64,000 nt of DNA from Deltaproteobacteria bacterium (GTDB lineage Bacteria; Myxococcota; SpSt-1050), in contig JAOAFA010000098.1 of assembly GCA_026416535.1 (NCBI GenBank), positions 12,362-76,361 of the forward strand, given 5' to 3'. The first letter of the stretch is position 1; every line of letters begins with the position of its first letter. Made by a program: the position numbers and the translations under genes. Positions 48,634 to 58,096 of the stretch are shown here, piece by piece. The notes under the pieces are model-generated. The model did no database searches, was not told the DNA's origin, and was given only the letters and a program-made list of their open reading frames with translations.

Positions 48634-49320
48634 TTACTTCCTCTTTCTATTTTGAGTCTTTTTTTGTGGCACTTTTTCTGACTTTTTTTCTACTTTCTTC
48701 TCTACTTTTTTGGTTTTGACTACTTTTTTATCAACGCCTTTCATCCTATGAGGAGTGGTTTTCTCAGTTTTAGTACTCTTCCTTTTTATTTCAACTTTCT
48801 CTTCTACATCTTTTTCAATCACAACCTCTTTATCTCTCTTTTCTTCCATTGTCTCCTCTAAAACAGCTACCTCCTCCTTTTCACTCACAACCGTTGCCTC
48901 CTTTGACTCACCCACACTTGACACTTTTTGAGTATCAACTTTCTCCTCTAACTTATGTACAACTTCCTCAGCTTTTCTTTCAACATGAACTGTTTGAATT
49001 GGTTCACCAATGACAGCTGTAATCCCCTCAGGTTCGATCCCCCTTTTTTGCACTATTACCGAATCAAACACCATTTTTACAACAGCAGTTTGATTCTGCA
49101 AGATAACCTTTTTCTTAAACCCCTCATACCCTATACCACGAAATACTGTATCAAGAAATTCCTCACAAAAATGCTTATTCACACCCTGAACCCCAGAGAA
49201 ATCAACAATAACATTTATATCAGGCTCTTTCCTTATCGAATCAAGCACACTCACGGCAAGCCTTCTGCCAAGATCAGCTGAACTCAAGAAACCACCAAAA
49301 TCCTTAAGACTAATTCTCAT
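48634..49320 (-). CDS. STAS-like (DUF4325-type) domain protein with acidic then Lys-rich tail
   Basis: LSSADLGRRL...VDFSGVQGVNKHFCEE resembles DUF4325; low-complexity E/K/V C-terminal half. Confidence 0.65.
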   Translation of the reverse strand: MRISLKDFGGFLSSADLGRRLAVSVLDSIRKEPDINVIVDFSGVQGVNKHFCEEFLDTVFRGIGYEGFKKKVILQNQTAVVKMVFDSVIVQKRGIEPEGITAVIGEPIQTVHVERKAEEVVHKLEEKVDTQKVSSVGESKEATVVSEKEEVAVLEETMEEKRDKEVVIEKDVEEKVEIKRKSTKTEKTTPHRMKGVDKKVVKTKKVEKKVEKKSEKVPQKKTQNRKRK

Positions 49321-49332
49321 ACACTCCCTCCT

Positions 49333-49914
49333 CTATTTCTTACCTAGCAATCTTTTATAATTTTCCATGGAAGAATTATAGACCTCTTCATGAAGACTTC
49401 TACCCTTTGAGTCCATTGTAACCACGGCTGGGAATTGTTCTACCTGCAATACCCACATTGCTTCCGGCACACCAAATTCTTCAAGTTTATATACATCCAA
49501 TACCTTTTTTATCCTCTGACCAATATAAACTGCGGCTCCCCCGACAACATGTAAATAGACAGCTCCACAATCTTTCATAGCTTCAAGTGTGTTCTTGCCC
49601 ATTCCTCCTTTCCCTATGACACCCCTTAAATTATACTTTCTAATTACTTCAGCCTGGTACGGTTCTTCTCTAATACTCGTAGTCGGTCCTGCAACCTTAA
49701 ATACATACTGACCATTCTCATAAACCACAACAGGACCACAATGATATATGAATGTCCCATTTAGTATTTCTTTTAGCTTCTTGTCATCATTTTCTACAAG
49801 GTATTTATGTGCGGCATCTCTACCTGTTACAATAACTCCACAAATCTCAACCTCATCACCTACGTTAAGCCCTCTTATTTCTTCGGCAGAGACAGGGGTA
49901 TTAAGAATCTTCAT
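49333..49914 (-). CDS. Class I fumarate hydratase / tartrate dehydratase beta (C-terminal) subunit
   Basis: TGRDAAHK, YHCGPV, AGPTTSIRE, IGKGGM, GGAA, GVPEAMW, VTMDSKG. Confidence 0.92.
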   Translation of the reverse strand: MKILNTPVSAEEIRGLNVGDEVEICGVIVTGRDAAHKYLVENDDKKLKEILNGTFIYHCGPVVVYENGQYVFKVAGPTTSIREEPYQAEVIRKYNLRGVIGKGGMGKNTLEAMKDCGAVYLHVVGGAAVYIGQRIKKVLDVYKLEEFGVPEAMWVLQVEQFPAVVTMDSKGRSLHEEVYNSSMENYKRLLGKK

Positions 49915-50039
49915 ACATAAACTCCTTCTGATGGAAAACTAACATAATAACGCTAAAATAGCAATAGAGAAGAAATTTCAATTTTTTTATTGAATATTTA
50001 TTTTTTTAAATTATACACCAAAAATCTGGGAGGTAATTA

Positions 50040-50954
50040 ATGCTAAAATATTTCAGGCTAGATAACCAAAAAATAATAGAATCAGACGAAGGTAATAGCA
50101 ATATTCTCATCTATATTTCACCTACTAATGAAGAGAAGAAATTACTATCTGATCTATACCAGTTAGACGAACATACCATCAATTCCGCTCTAGATCCTGA
50201 TGAATTGTCTCGAATAGAATTCGAGGCAAATCACACAGCAATTATTTATAAAAGACCCAAAAATATATCAAAAGACAAGAACCTGTTATTTAAGGTCGAT
50301 TCCATTGGAATATTCACACTCAAAGACAAGATTATTATCATCATGAATGAGGATATTTCACTCTTCTCATCAAAACTATTTCAGAAAGTAAATTCACTTA
50401 ACGAAGTTATGTTAAAGCTCTTATCCATATCTATTAGTCACTTTTTAGAACATATTAAAGTCATGAATATGATTACTGATGAACTCGAAAAAAAGATTAG
50501 CAGTTCAATGGAAAATAAATATTTACAGAATTTTTTTAATATTGAAAAATCACTGGTTTACTATGTAAACTCAATTAACTCAAATAGTGTTCTTATAGAA
50601 AGGATGAAAAATAATTCAGCGAAACTAGGCTTTAGTCAAGAAGAGATCGAACTCCTTGATGACTTAATAATAGACAACAATCAGTGTCTTAGACAAGCTG
50701 AGATATATTCTAATATACTCGCCTCCTTGATGGATGCAAGAGTATCCATAGTTAGTAACAATCTCAACATATTAATGAAGACACTCAATATCATAACAAT
50801 TATGATCATGGTTCCAACACTAGTCGTCAGCGTCTTTTCAATGAATGTATCCCTTCCTCTCCAAGATCTCCCATATGCCTTCTGGATTATTTTATGTCTC
50901 TGCATCATATCAGTAACTACAGTTTTTCTAATTTGGAAATATAAAAAATGGTGA
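50040..50954 (+). CDS. CorA-family Mg2+/divalent cation transporter
   Basis: ALDPDELSR, SNNLNILMKTL, two C-terminal TMs with FSMNV (variant of GMN). Confidence 0.9.
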   Translation: MLKYFRLDNQKIIESDEGNSNILIYISPTNEEKKLLSDLYQLDEHTINSALDPDELSRIEFEANHTAIIYKRPKNISKDKNLLFKVDSIGIFTLKDKIIIIMNEDISLFSSKLFQKVNSLNEVMLKLLSISISHFLEHIKVMNMITDELEKKISSSMENKYLQNFFNIEKSLVYYVNSINSNSVLIERMKNNSAKLGFSQEEIELLDDLIIDNNQCLRQAEIYSNILASLMDARVSIVSNNLNILMKTLNIITIMIMVPTLVVSVFSMNVSLPLQDLPYAFWIILCLCIISVTTVFLIWKYKKW

Positions 50955-50962
50955 AATTATAT

Positions 50963-52291
50963 CTATCTTACAGGCTGAGAAAAATATCTATTCGTCTCTA
51001 AAACAACGATATTGCTAAGTAGTAAAAGTGATATCAAATTTGGAATTGCCATTAAACCATTTGCAATGTCTGCAAATGTCCATACCACTGGTAGGGATAA
51101 AATAGAACCCAAAAAAACAAATGCTACCCACAAGATGCGGTAATACATCTTAATTTTGCTTCCAAAGATATATTCAGCTGCTTTCTCACCGTAATATGAC
51201 CATCCAATAATGGTGGAAAAGACAAATGTCAAGAGCCCCACATTTAAGACTAATGGTCCAATAATCTTTATATGAGAAAATGATGAAATAGTTAGTTCAG
51301 TTCCACTTTTCCCTAACATCCAATCCCCGCTACTAACTACGGTAACCCCCGTGATTAGACAAATTATCACAGTATCCCAAAATGTTCCGGTAGAAGATAC
51401 AAGTGCCTGTTTAACTGGTTCTTCTGTTTTGGCAGCGGCTGCAACGATAGGTGCACTGCCCAGTCCAGACTCATTTGAAAACAGACCTCTTGCAATACCG
51501 TATCTTATAGTATCCTTTAAAACAGAGCCGGTAAATCCACCTACGGCTGCAAGTGGAGAGAAGGCACCTTTTAAAATAATACTTATTGCGCCTGGTAATT
51601 TTTCATAGTTTAGAGTAATAATTGTTATGCACCCTAGTACATAAAAAACTGCCATAAATGGAATAAGGCCTTCGCAGACCCTCGCGATACTTTTGACTCC
51701 ACCTATAATTACCAAAAATGTTAGTATTCCGAGAATTACCCCGGTGACATATTTAGAAACGCCAAAGTTATTAAGTGTCATTTCCGCAATCGAATTAGCC
51801 TGAACCATATTTCCAATTCCGAATGCCGCGATAGCAGTCAACACAGCAAACAGCATCCCCAACCACCTCATGTTAAGACCTCTATCCAATACGTACATTG
51901 GTCCACCGGCATAGCTACCATCTTCGGCCCTTATTCTATATTTTACAGATAGTAATGCCTCTGAGTACTTTGTTGCAATTCCAAATATACCTGTAAACCA
52001 CATCCATAATACAGCACCCGGACCACCAAGAGAGATAGCAGTAGAGACTCCTACAATATTTCCTGTCCCTATGGTTGCTGCCAGTGCAGTCGTAAGTGCC
52101 CCGAAATGTGATATGTCGCCTTGTTCGGTATCCTCCCTCTTAAATGAGAGCTTTATAGCATAAAAAATATACCTCTGTATAAATCCTGTCCTTATTGTCA
52201 AAAAAAGATGTGTGCCAAACAGTAATATAATAAGAGGCCACCCCCATACATACGAAGAGATCAACTCGAGTATTTTTTCCAAAGAGCTCAT
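50963..52291 (-). CDS. Alanine/glycine:cation symporter (AGCS family)
   Basis: ATIGTGNIVGV, GGPGAVLWMW, GGPMY, RGLFSNESGLGS, FSTIIGWSYYGE. Confidence 0.95.
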   Translation of the reverse strand: MSSLEKILELISSYVWGWPLIILLFGTHLFLTIRTGFIQRYIFYAIKLSFKREDTEQGDISHFGALTTALAATIGTGNIVGVSTAISLGGPGAVLWMWFTGIFGIATKYSEALLSVKYRIRAEDGSYAGGPMYVLDRGLNMRWLGMLFAVLTAIAAFGIGNMVQANSIAEMTLNNFGVSKYVTGVILGILTFLVIIGGVKSIARVCEGLIPFMAVFYVLGCITIITLNYEKLPGAISIILKGAFSPLAAVGGFTGSVLKDTIRYGIARGLFSNESGLGSAPIVAAAAKTEEPVKQALVSSTGTFWDTVIICLITGVTVVSSGDWMLGKSGTELTISSFSHIKIIGPLVLNVGLLTFVFSTIIGWSYYGEKAAEYIFGSKIKMYYRILWVAFVFLGSILSLPVVWTFADIANGLMAIPNLISLLLLSNIVVLETNRYFSQPVR

Positions 52292-52354
52292 TTCTCAATA
52301 TTGAAGAAACACGAAAAACCTCTTTTATATCTAAGACCTCAGATTGTTTTCAAC

Positions 52355-53365
52355 TTATTTAGTCAATGAAAGTAATTTTAGTGAATTTTTAATTATTGGG
52401 AAGATCCTTTCATTCTTCTTATCTTTCAACATCTTTTCAAGTTGTGGTATTGCCCTCTTATCTCCAATCGATGCTAACGCCTGAACAGACCTTCCGCGAA
52501 TAAATACATCTTCGTCTTTTAACAAATCCATAAGCAAGCCAATACATCTCTCATCTGCTACTACAGCGAGCATCTGAATTGCAATGTCACGTTCGTCTTT
52601 CGACCTTCCAAATCTTGCCATCCTGAGATACTCTTCCACATCAATCTTGTCTTTCAATTTTCTTAAGGTATTCTTTGCCGCCTTTATCTCTTCTTGAGAA
52701 GAAGAGTCCTTTAAGATATTTAGAACATATGAGACAAGTCTTGGATCCTTTATGGTCCCCACCAATTCCATAGCATTTATTCTCGTATTTTCATCCTTTG
52801 ACTCCAAAGCAGCTGATAAGACTTTAAATTTATTTTCGCCAGACATACCCATAATAATCTGGGAAGTAATTTCACCAACCTTTCCCTTATCTGAGAGACC
52901 ATCAGCCAAGGACTTTAATGCATTGTCATCTTTCAATTCGCCAAATACCGATATAATCCCCATTTTTAGCATAGAATCTTCACTATTTTTGAAAGTACTT
53001 ATGAGATCTTCCATAGTCTGTTTATTTGAGGCAAGCTTTATAAGCGCTTTTATAGCCTCTTTTCTAACAAGTGGCTCAGGATCCCTTAACAATTCAATTA
53101 ATGGTCTTGTTGCCTTTGGATCTCCGATATTACCAAGTGCTATAGCACATGCACCTTTTATAGCATAGTCCTCATCTTTCAGGTTCGCAATTAATACATC
53201 CACTGCTCTCTTGTCCTGCATCTTTCCCAAAAATATGGCTGCTTGTAATCTTGACTTGAATGAAGACGAATACTTCAATTCATTTATCATCTCATCAACC
53301 ATATCTGCATACAAATTAAAATTTGCTATAGTGATTGAGATTAAGAAAATTATCCTTTTACACAT
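52355..53365 (-). CDS. Exported HEAT/PBS-lyase repeat protein
   Basis: Signal peptide; repeated L-x-D...V-R-x-x-A-x-x-A-L-G-x-I-G-D units. Confidence 0.8.
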   Translation of the reverse strand: MCKRIIFLISITIANFNLYADMVDEMINELKYSSSFKSRLQAAIFLGKMQDKRAVDVLIANLKDEDYAIKGACAIALGNIGDPKATRPLIELLRDPEPLVRKEAIKALIKLASNKQTMEDLISTFKNSEDSMLKMGIISVFGELKDDNALKSLADGLSDKGKVGEITSQIIMGMSGENKFKVLSAALESKDENTRINAMELVGTIKDPRLVSYVLNILKDSSSQEEIKAAKNTLRKLKDKIDVEEYLRMARFGRSKDERDIAIQMLAVVADERCIGLLMDLLKDEDVFIRGRSVQALASIGDKRAIPQLEKMLKDKKNERIFPIIKNSLKLLSLTK

Positions 53366-53453
53366 AATAACCCTCTCACTAATTAGTACACAAATATCAC
53401 AAGAGACTCAGGACTGCAAACAATTTTTTTTGAGAAAAGTTATAATAAATGTA

Positions 53454-55940
53454 TCATTCCAACACGGAGCAAGAACACCCAGACTCTTGGCCACTATCAT
53501 CTGTGTTGGTCCCTTCAATTACTACTATTACATCATGTTTTATTCCAGTATCCGAGATAATCTGAGTATCTACACTCACTCCGGCATCTACTCCACTCGC
53601 ATCTTCAACTACATCTTGAGTAATCTCTACATCCTCTATGACATCAACAAAAACAATAGTATCAGTGATCGCACCATCCACAGTATCTACTCCTGCGTCC
53701 TGTTCTAACGGTTTTGTCTCCACAGATGGTGTTATAAATTGTAATATACCCTGAGCTCCTCCATAATTAACAAACGCGATATAGTATCTATGCCCACCTT
53801 CAATTTTGGGAACCTTAACCTCAAAATGACTATTATCCATAGACTCAATTTCAAAATCCGCATTTGATGAGATACTACCATCAGGCGTAACCTCAAATTC
53901 AATAGGATAATCCCTTTTCATAAGAACTCTTATCTCAGCGACACTGTTCCCAAACATTGAATTACTATATATATCCATATCTAACATAAACTTTGAAACG
54001 TTATTCGGCATATCAAAGTAAAATTGAATATACCCTGGAACATACGGAGAAAGACCAACCATATCTAGTCCTTCAACCAGCATAATAAGTTTTCCATTCT
54101 CCATATTCACCAGCCTTTCACACGAAAGAATATTGTTTTCGGCAAATATATTCTCTGCTTTCTTGGCAAAGGATTCTCCAATTCGCACATCTTTTTTAAG
54201 AGATTCTACGAGGCCCTTAGTGAAATCACTAAATGTAGCTATCTCACTCAGGGACACAAGGACATCATAAATCTTTTGATCAAGAATCTTTTCACCACCA
54301 AAATCTTTTACAAATTCAGTTCTAATCTTCCAAAGCGCATTTGAAAGGAGAAGACCATCATTATGACTTTCACCCCAGAGATCATCTGGACATCTCACAT
54401 TAACGCTCAAATCCCTAAGAGCACCTACATCCTCAGTGGCATTACTTACATACTCTCCCAATCTGGGGTCACCAGATACAGTAGAAGAAAAGTAATCAGC
54501 AAATGCCTCATTCATAGCTCCTGGGTCAATATACATACCATATTGGTCAATAAATGCATATGCTAGATTGCTAGTTGAGCCTATCATTGCATGTGTAAAT
54601 TCATGGTATGTCACCTCAGCATCATAGGCAAAATCGACTCTCTCTCCTTGTCCAAATACAATAGCGTCATCATAAATCCCAAAATCCTCAAAACTTCCAT
54701 CATAGGGTATAAAAGCGGCATTATCGAACGGCATAAACTTGTCGGTAGTGCATATATTCCACCCTGGATTGTTTGGATCTTCCTCACAATTAAATCTCAA
54801 CTCCATAAAATTAGGCAATTTAAAATTAACTACTGTTACCAGAGATGGAAGGCCAGAGTTCGTGTTAATTTTGTCAAAGCCCATAGTCTTGAAATATGAA
54901 TACATTTTATCAGCATGGTAATACATCATTACTTCGGCAAAATCGTCTTCCATTACAGATTCAAAACATACTTGGGAATCCTCAGGATTAAAACACTTTG
55001 TCGGATCATCTGGAGTAAAATAGAAATCACCGTTCTCATCTGATTTGGCTTTTGGACCTATATTGCATATCCTGAACTTCATTGTTGCTTGATATTGAGG
55101 CAGAGTAAATTCTCTCTCTTCACCCTTCCCATGACAGTTATTACTCCTTATAAGAGTTCCTGTCAAAGTTTTATCACTTACATTTGGATCAAGATTTTCA
55201 ATATCCACTTCAACAGTCGGGTTTTTACCGTCAACTCCTGGATTTGGATAGTATACTCTTGCCTTATTCAAATATACAATATTACTCTTTTTGTAAAGAA
55301 GTCTGCCAGTCTTTGCATCAATAAAATAACTAGTATTTATAAAGGAAACCAGAGAAGCTATCCGCACCTCGTATGTAAAAAAAGAACTGCCACCTAAAAG
55401 CAATACAATTTCTCTGACTGAACTGTCAGTAAATTTTGTACCGATATGTTGATCTGGATGAACGTATTTATTAAGAACCAAATAGAACGCGTCCTCCCTA
55501 TTAAAAGACACACTTGTGCTAATATTTTGGATTGATAGATTAAAGAATGAAACTCTGGAGATAGTTTTAGAATTTTCAATGGTGACTATAATTGTAGCTG
55601 GATATACTGGATACCCCTTGTAAGTATAATAAAACTTAATAGTTTTTATACCTTCTCTGTCATATAAAACTTTATCCAAAATAATATCTATATCACCCTC
55701 TATGGAGAAAAGAGGTCCATATCTTCTCAAGAAGTATTTAGTAGATTCTATAGGTGAATTGCTTGAAAATCTCTCAGAAAGATTTGAAATTAACATATAT
55801 GAATTTTTGCTAAAAACCCCTTTTACCTCCATATCTGGATTATTCTCTCTTAAAAGCTGAAGGTACCACGTAATATCTTTTGCAGACAAATTAACTATGA
55901 ATAGGGAAAAAACGATAAGAAACCAAAAAATCTTTTTCAT
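53454..55940 (-). CDS. Secreted thermolysin/fungalysin-like (M4/M36) zinc metalloprotease with propeptide, acidic linker and GCSC tail
   Basis: Signal peptide, FTP/PepSY-like propeptide (YFIDAKTG), DNAAF, HEFTH (HExxH), GAMNEAFADYF, GESH; ends SGCSCSVLE. Confidence 0.85.
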   Translation of the reverse strand: MKKIFWFLIVFSLFIVNLSAKDITWYLQLLRENNPDMEVKGVFSKNSYMLISNLSERFSSNSPIESTKYFLRRYGPLFSIEGDIDIILDKVLYDREGIKTIKFYYTYKGYPVYPATIIVTIENSKTISRVSFFNLSIQNISTSVSFNREDAFYLVLNKYVHPDQHIGTKFTDSSVREIVLLLGGSSFFTYEVRIASLVSFINTSYFIDAKTGRLLYKKSNIVYLNKARVYYPNPGVDGKNPTVEVDIENLDPNVSDKTLTGTLIRSNNCHGKGEEREFTLPQYQATMKFRICNIGPKAKSDENGDFYFTPDDPTKCFNPEDSQVCFESVMEDDFAEVMMYYHADKMYSYFKTMGFDKINTNSGLPSLVTVVNFKLPNFMELRFNCEEDPNNPGWNICTTDKFMPFDNAAFIPYDGSFEDFGIYDDAIVFGQGERVDFAYDAEVTYHEFTHAMIGSTSNLAYAFIDQYGMYIDPGAMNEAFADYFSSTVSGDPRLGEYVSNATEDVGALRDLSVNVRCPDDLWGESHNDGLLLSNALWKIRTEFVKDFGGEKILDQKIYDVLVSLSEIATFSDFTKGLVESLKKDVRIGESFAKKAENIFAENNILSCERLVNMENGKLIMLVEGLDMVGLSPYVPGYIQFYFDMPNNVSKFMLDMDIYSNSMFGNSVAEIRVLMKRDYPIEFEVTPDGSISSNADFEIESMDNSHFEVKVPKIEGGHRYYIAFVNYGGAQGILQFITPSVETKPLEQDAGVDTVDGAITDTIVFVDVIEDVEITQDVVEDASGVDAGVSVDTQIISDTGIKHDVIVVIEGTNTDDSGQESGCSCSVLE

Positions 55941-56060
55941 AAAAAACCTCCGTAAAAGTTTTATTAAAGTTAATAGGTCATCTACCTACCTAGATCTTTC
56001 TTCTCATACCAAAGCAAACCAACATTATCTATCTAAATCAAAGATGCTGTATTACTTATG

Positions 56061-56083
56061 AAAAATCTGTCATATCACAGATT
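56061..56083 (-). terminator. Putative intrinsic terminator after the PAP2 gene
   Basis: Minus strand AATCTGT-gatatg-ACAGATT then TTT; AT-rich stem. Confidence 0.35.
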
Positions 56084-56748
56084 TATGCCCTGATAAACTG
56101 TTCGCTAAACCAACGAAAAAGTCTCTCTTGATAGGCTTCTACATAAAAGGCATAATAACAAAACATTGCTAGTAATAACCCTGAAACCACATCAAGGAAG
56201 TAGTGTTGTTTTGTAAATAAGGTAGATAAAGAGATAAGTACACCAAGGGGTAATGCCCATAATCCATGAATTCTTTTCTTACTATAAATCGCGAGTGCTG
56301 AAACCATCGAGACTGCCACGTGTAACGAAGGGAAACAGTTTGTAGGTAGATCAATGTAATATATGAAATTAAGTAAAATCTCACTTGCGGTATTCATTGG
56401 AACCTCGGGCCTAACCGACATTACGGGGAACATTAGAAAAATAGGATATGCAACAAAATCACACATAATTATTGAAAACCCCACCCTTTTTACCTCTTCG
56501 ATGGTATCAAGAATCAATACAAGAAAAATAGGGAATATAAAAATAAGCTCATAAATCCACGACCACTCTGGAATAAGAGGTATTGCTTTATCGATGGGGA
56601 GCGAGACATCATATAGTCTATCAGTCTTGACCTTAGAATTTATATACATATATCCCAAACCATGAAATGCATACACACCAGCAAATATGATATACTTTTC
56701 CAGGTAATACCTTACAGAATAAGACTTAACACATCTCATCATACTCAT
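56083..56748 (-). CDS. PAP2-superfamily membrane phosphotransferase (AUR1/IPC synthase-like)
   Basis: Multiple TMs, FPV...RP, NCFPSLHVA and KQHYFLDV motifs. Confidence 0.8.
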   Translation of the reverse strand: MSMMRCVKSYSVRYYLEKYIIFAGVYAFHGLGYMYINSKVKTDRLYDVSLPIDKAIPLIPEWSWIYELIFIFPIFLVLILDTIEEVKRVGFSIIMCDFVAYPIFLMFPVMSVRPEVPMNTASEILLNFIYYIDLPTNCFPSLHVAVSMVSALAIYSKKRIHGLWALPLGVLISLSTLFTKQHYFLDVVSGLLLAMFCYYAFYVEAYQERLFRWFSEQFIRA

Positions 56749-58043
56749 TTTGATTCACCAAGCTTTTTCTTCCAACCGTCTTTAATTACTATCTCAAAAA
56801 GATCATCAAGAGTTATGACACCTTTAAGTCTTCTGTCTTTATCAACAACAGGTATAGCAAGGAGGTTGTACTTTGAAACCACATGAGCAATTCTATCTAT
56901 TTCATCATCAACACATACATATACGGGATTCCTTGTCATAATTTGAGACACTAAGGTATTCTTATCAGATATAATCAATCGCTTTAAGGATACTGTTCCC
57001 TTCAATCTGTTATTTTTATCAACCACATAAACATAATATATGGTTTCAGCCTCTTTAGCACTAACTCTAAGATAATCAATCGCTTGCTCTGCAGTAAGAT
57101 CTTCTGGAAGAGTGACAAACTCTGTAGTCATTAGTCCACCAGCTGTGTCTTCTTCATGTTTGATAAGCTCTTTAACAATCTCTGCATCGTCATTCTCCAT
57201 CTTGTTTATAATGGTCTCTGCTTTTTCTTCATCTATTTCTTGAAGAATATCTACTGCCTCGTCTGGGGGCATCTCTTCCAAAAGATCGGCCGCCTTCTCA
57301 CTACCCACTGATTCAAGCAAATTCTTCTGCACATCCGAGTCTTCAAGTTCGGAAAGTGTCTCAGCTGCCTTATTATGATCCAATGCCTTAAAAAGCGCCT
57401 CCTGCTCATATCTGTCCAATTCTTCTATTATATCTGCGAGCTCTGCGGGATGCATATCCATAATATCACTGCTCTTAAATGCATAATTTAATACCGAGTT
57501 GTGATTTTTTCCCGGAATTGCATTAAGATATCTCCACGATACAAGTTCTTCTCTAACTAGAGACGAAATTAGGCCATTAATTGAGATGATTTTTAATAGT
57601 TTACTTCCAAAGTACATCCTAAGGTTTGCAGCAAGGCTTATATCAATGTGAGCCACCCTAAGAATATTACCAGCATTAAGCAAGTGCAAATCATATATCC
57701 TAACCACCTTTTTGTTTCTCGTATCGATTATCTTGTGTCCTATCAAATCCATAGTCGCTCTTATCTTTTGAGTCATATCATAATTTCTTAGAGACGTAGG
57801 CTCACAATTATTACACACAATGTCAAAATTATCTCTTATCTCCACTGCAGACGAATCAAGTACATAAAGTACTTTATCTCTCCTTCGCTTTATTAGATAT
57901 CCAACCACCTCGGGGTAATTATCCGGTACTTTAATTATTATGTCATAAAGAACCGCCAACCTTCTACCATCCTTATTCCTAACAGGTCTTCTTAGCAGTT
58001 CAGAAAGAAAAATAAACACATTTGAAAAATTTTGCACATCCAT
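56745..58043 (-). CDS. MgtE cytosolic-region protein (PRC-like, MgtE_N, CBS pair) without transmembrane domain
   Basis: MHPAELADIIEEL, EMPPDEAVDIL, TAGGLMTTE, IYYVYVVD, GVITLDD; ends after the CBS pair. Confidence 0.85.
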   Translation of the reverse strand: MDVQNFSNVFIFLSELLRRPVRNKDGRRLAVLYDIIIKVPDNYPEVVGYLIKRRRDKVLYVLDSSAVEIRDNFDIVCNNCEPTSLRNYDMTQKIRATMDLIGHKIIDTRNKKVVRIYDLHLLNAGNILRVAHIDISLAANLRMYFGSKLLKIISINGLISSLVREELVSWRYLNAIPGKNHNSVLNYAFKSSDIMDMHPAELADIIEELDRYEQEALFKALDHNKAAETLSELEDSDVQKNLLESVGSEKAADLLEEMPPDEAVDILQEIDEEKAETIINKMENDDAEIVKELIKHEEDTAGGLMTTEFVTLPEDLTAEQAIDYLRVSAKEAETIYYVYVVDKNNRLKGTVSLKRLIISDKNTLVSQIMTRNPVYVCVDDEIDRIAHVVSKYNLLAIPVVDKDRRLKGVITLDDLFEIVIKDGWKKKLGESK

Positions 58044-58054
58044 ACAATCTTTTT

Positions 58055-58083
58055 ATTAAAGTCCTAATATTTATCCAGGTCAA
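58055..58083 (-). promoter_or_regulatory. Putative sigma70 promoter for the MgtE_N-CBS/PAP2 pair
   Basis: Minus strand TTGACC, 17 bp, TTTAAT, 11 bp before ATG 58043. Confidence 0.4.
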
Positions 58084-58096
58084 GTATAAAAAAACT

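Noticed and set aside
52292-52354. Glycine riboswitch upstream of the AGCS symporter
   Set aside because: The spacer is only 63 bp and lacks the GGAGA...CCGAAG...CTCTCAGG core.
53400-53456. TGA read-through or selenocysteine extending the protease to a full MYXO-CTERM
   Set aside because: The downstream frame (YIYYNFSQKKLFAVLSLL) has no full TM helix or Arg cluster, and there is no SECIS-like hairpin.
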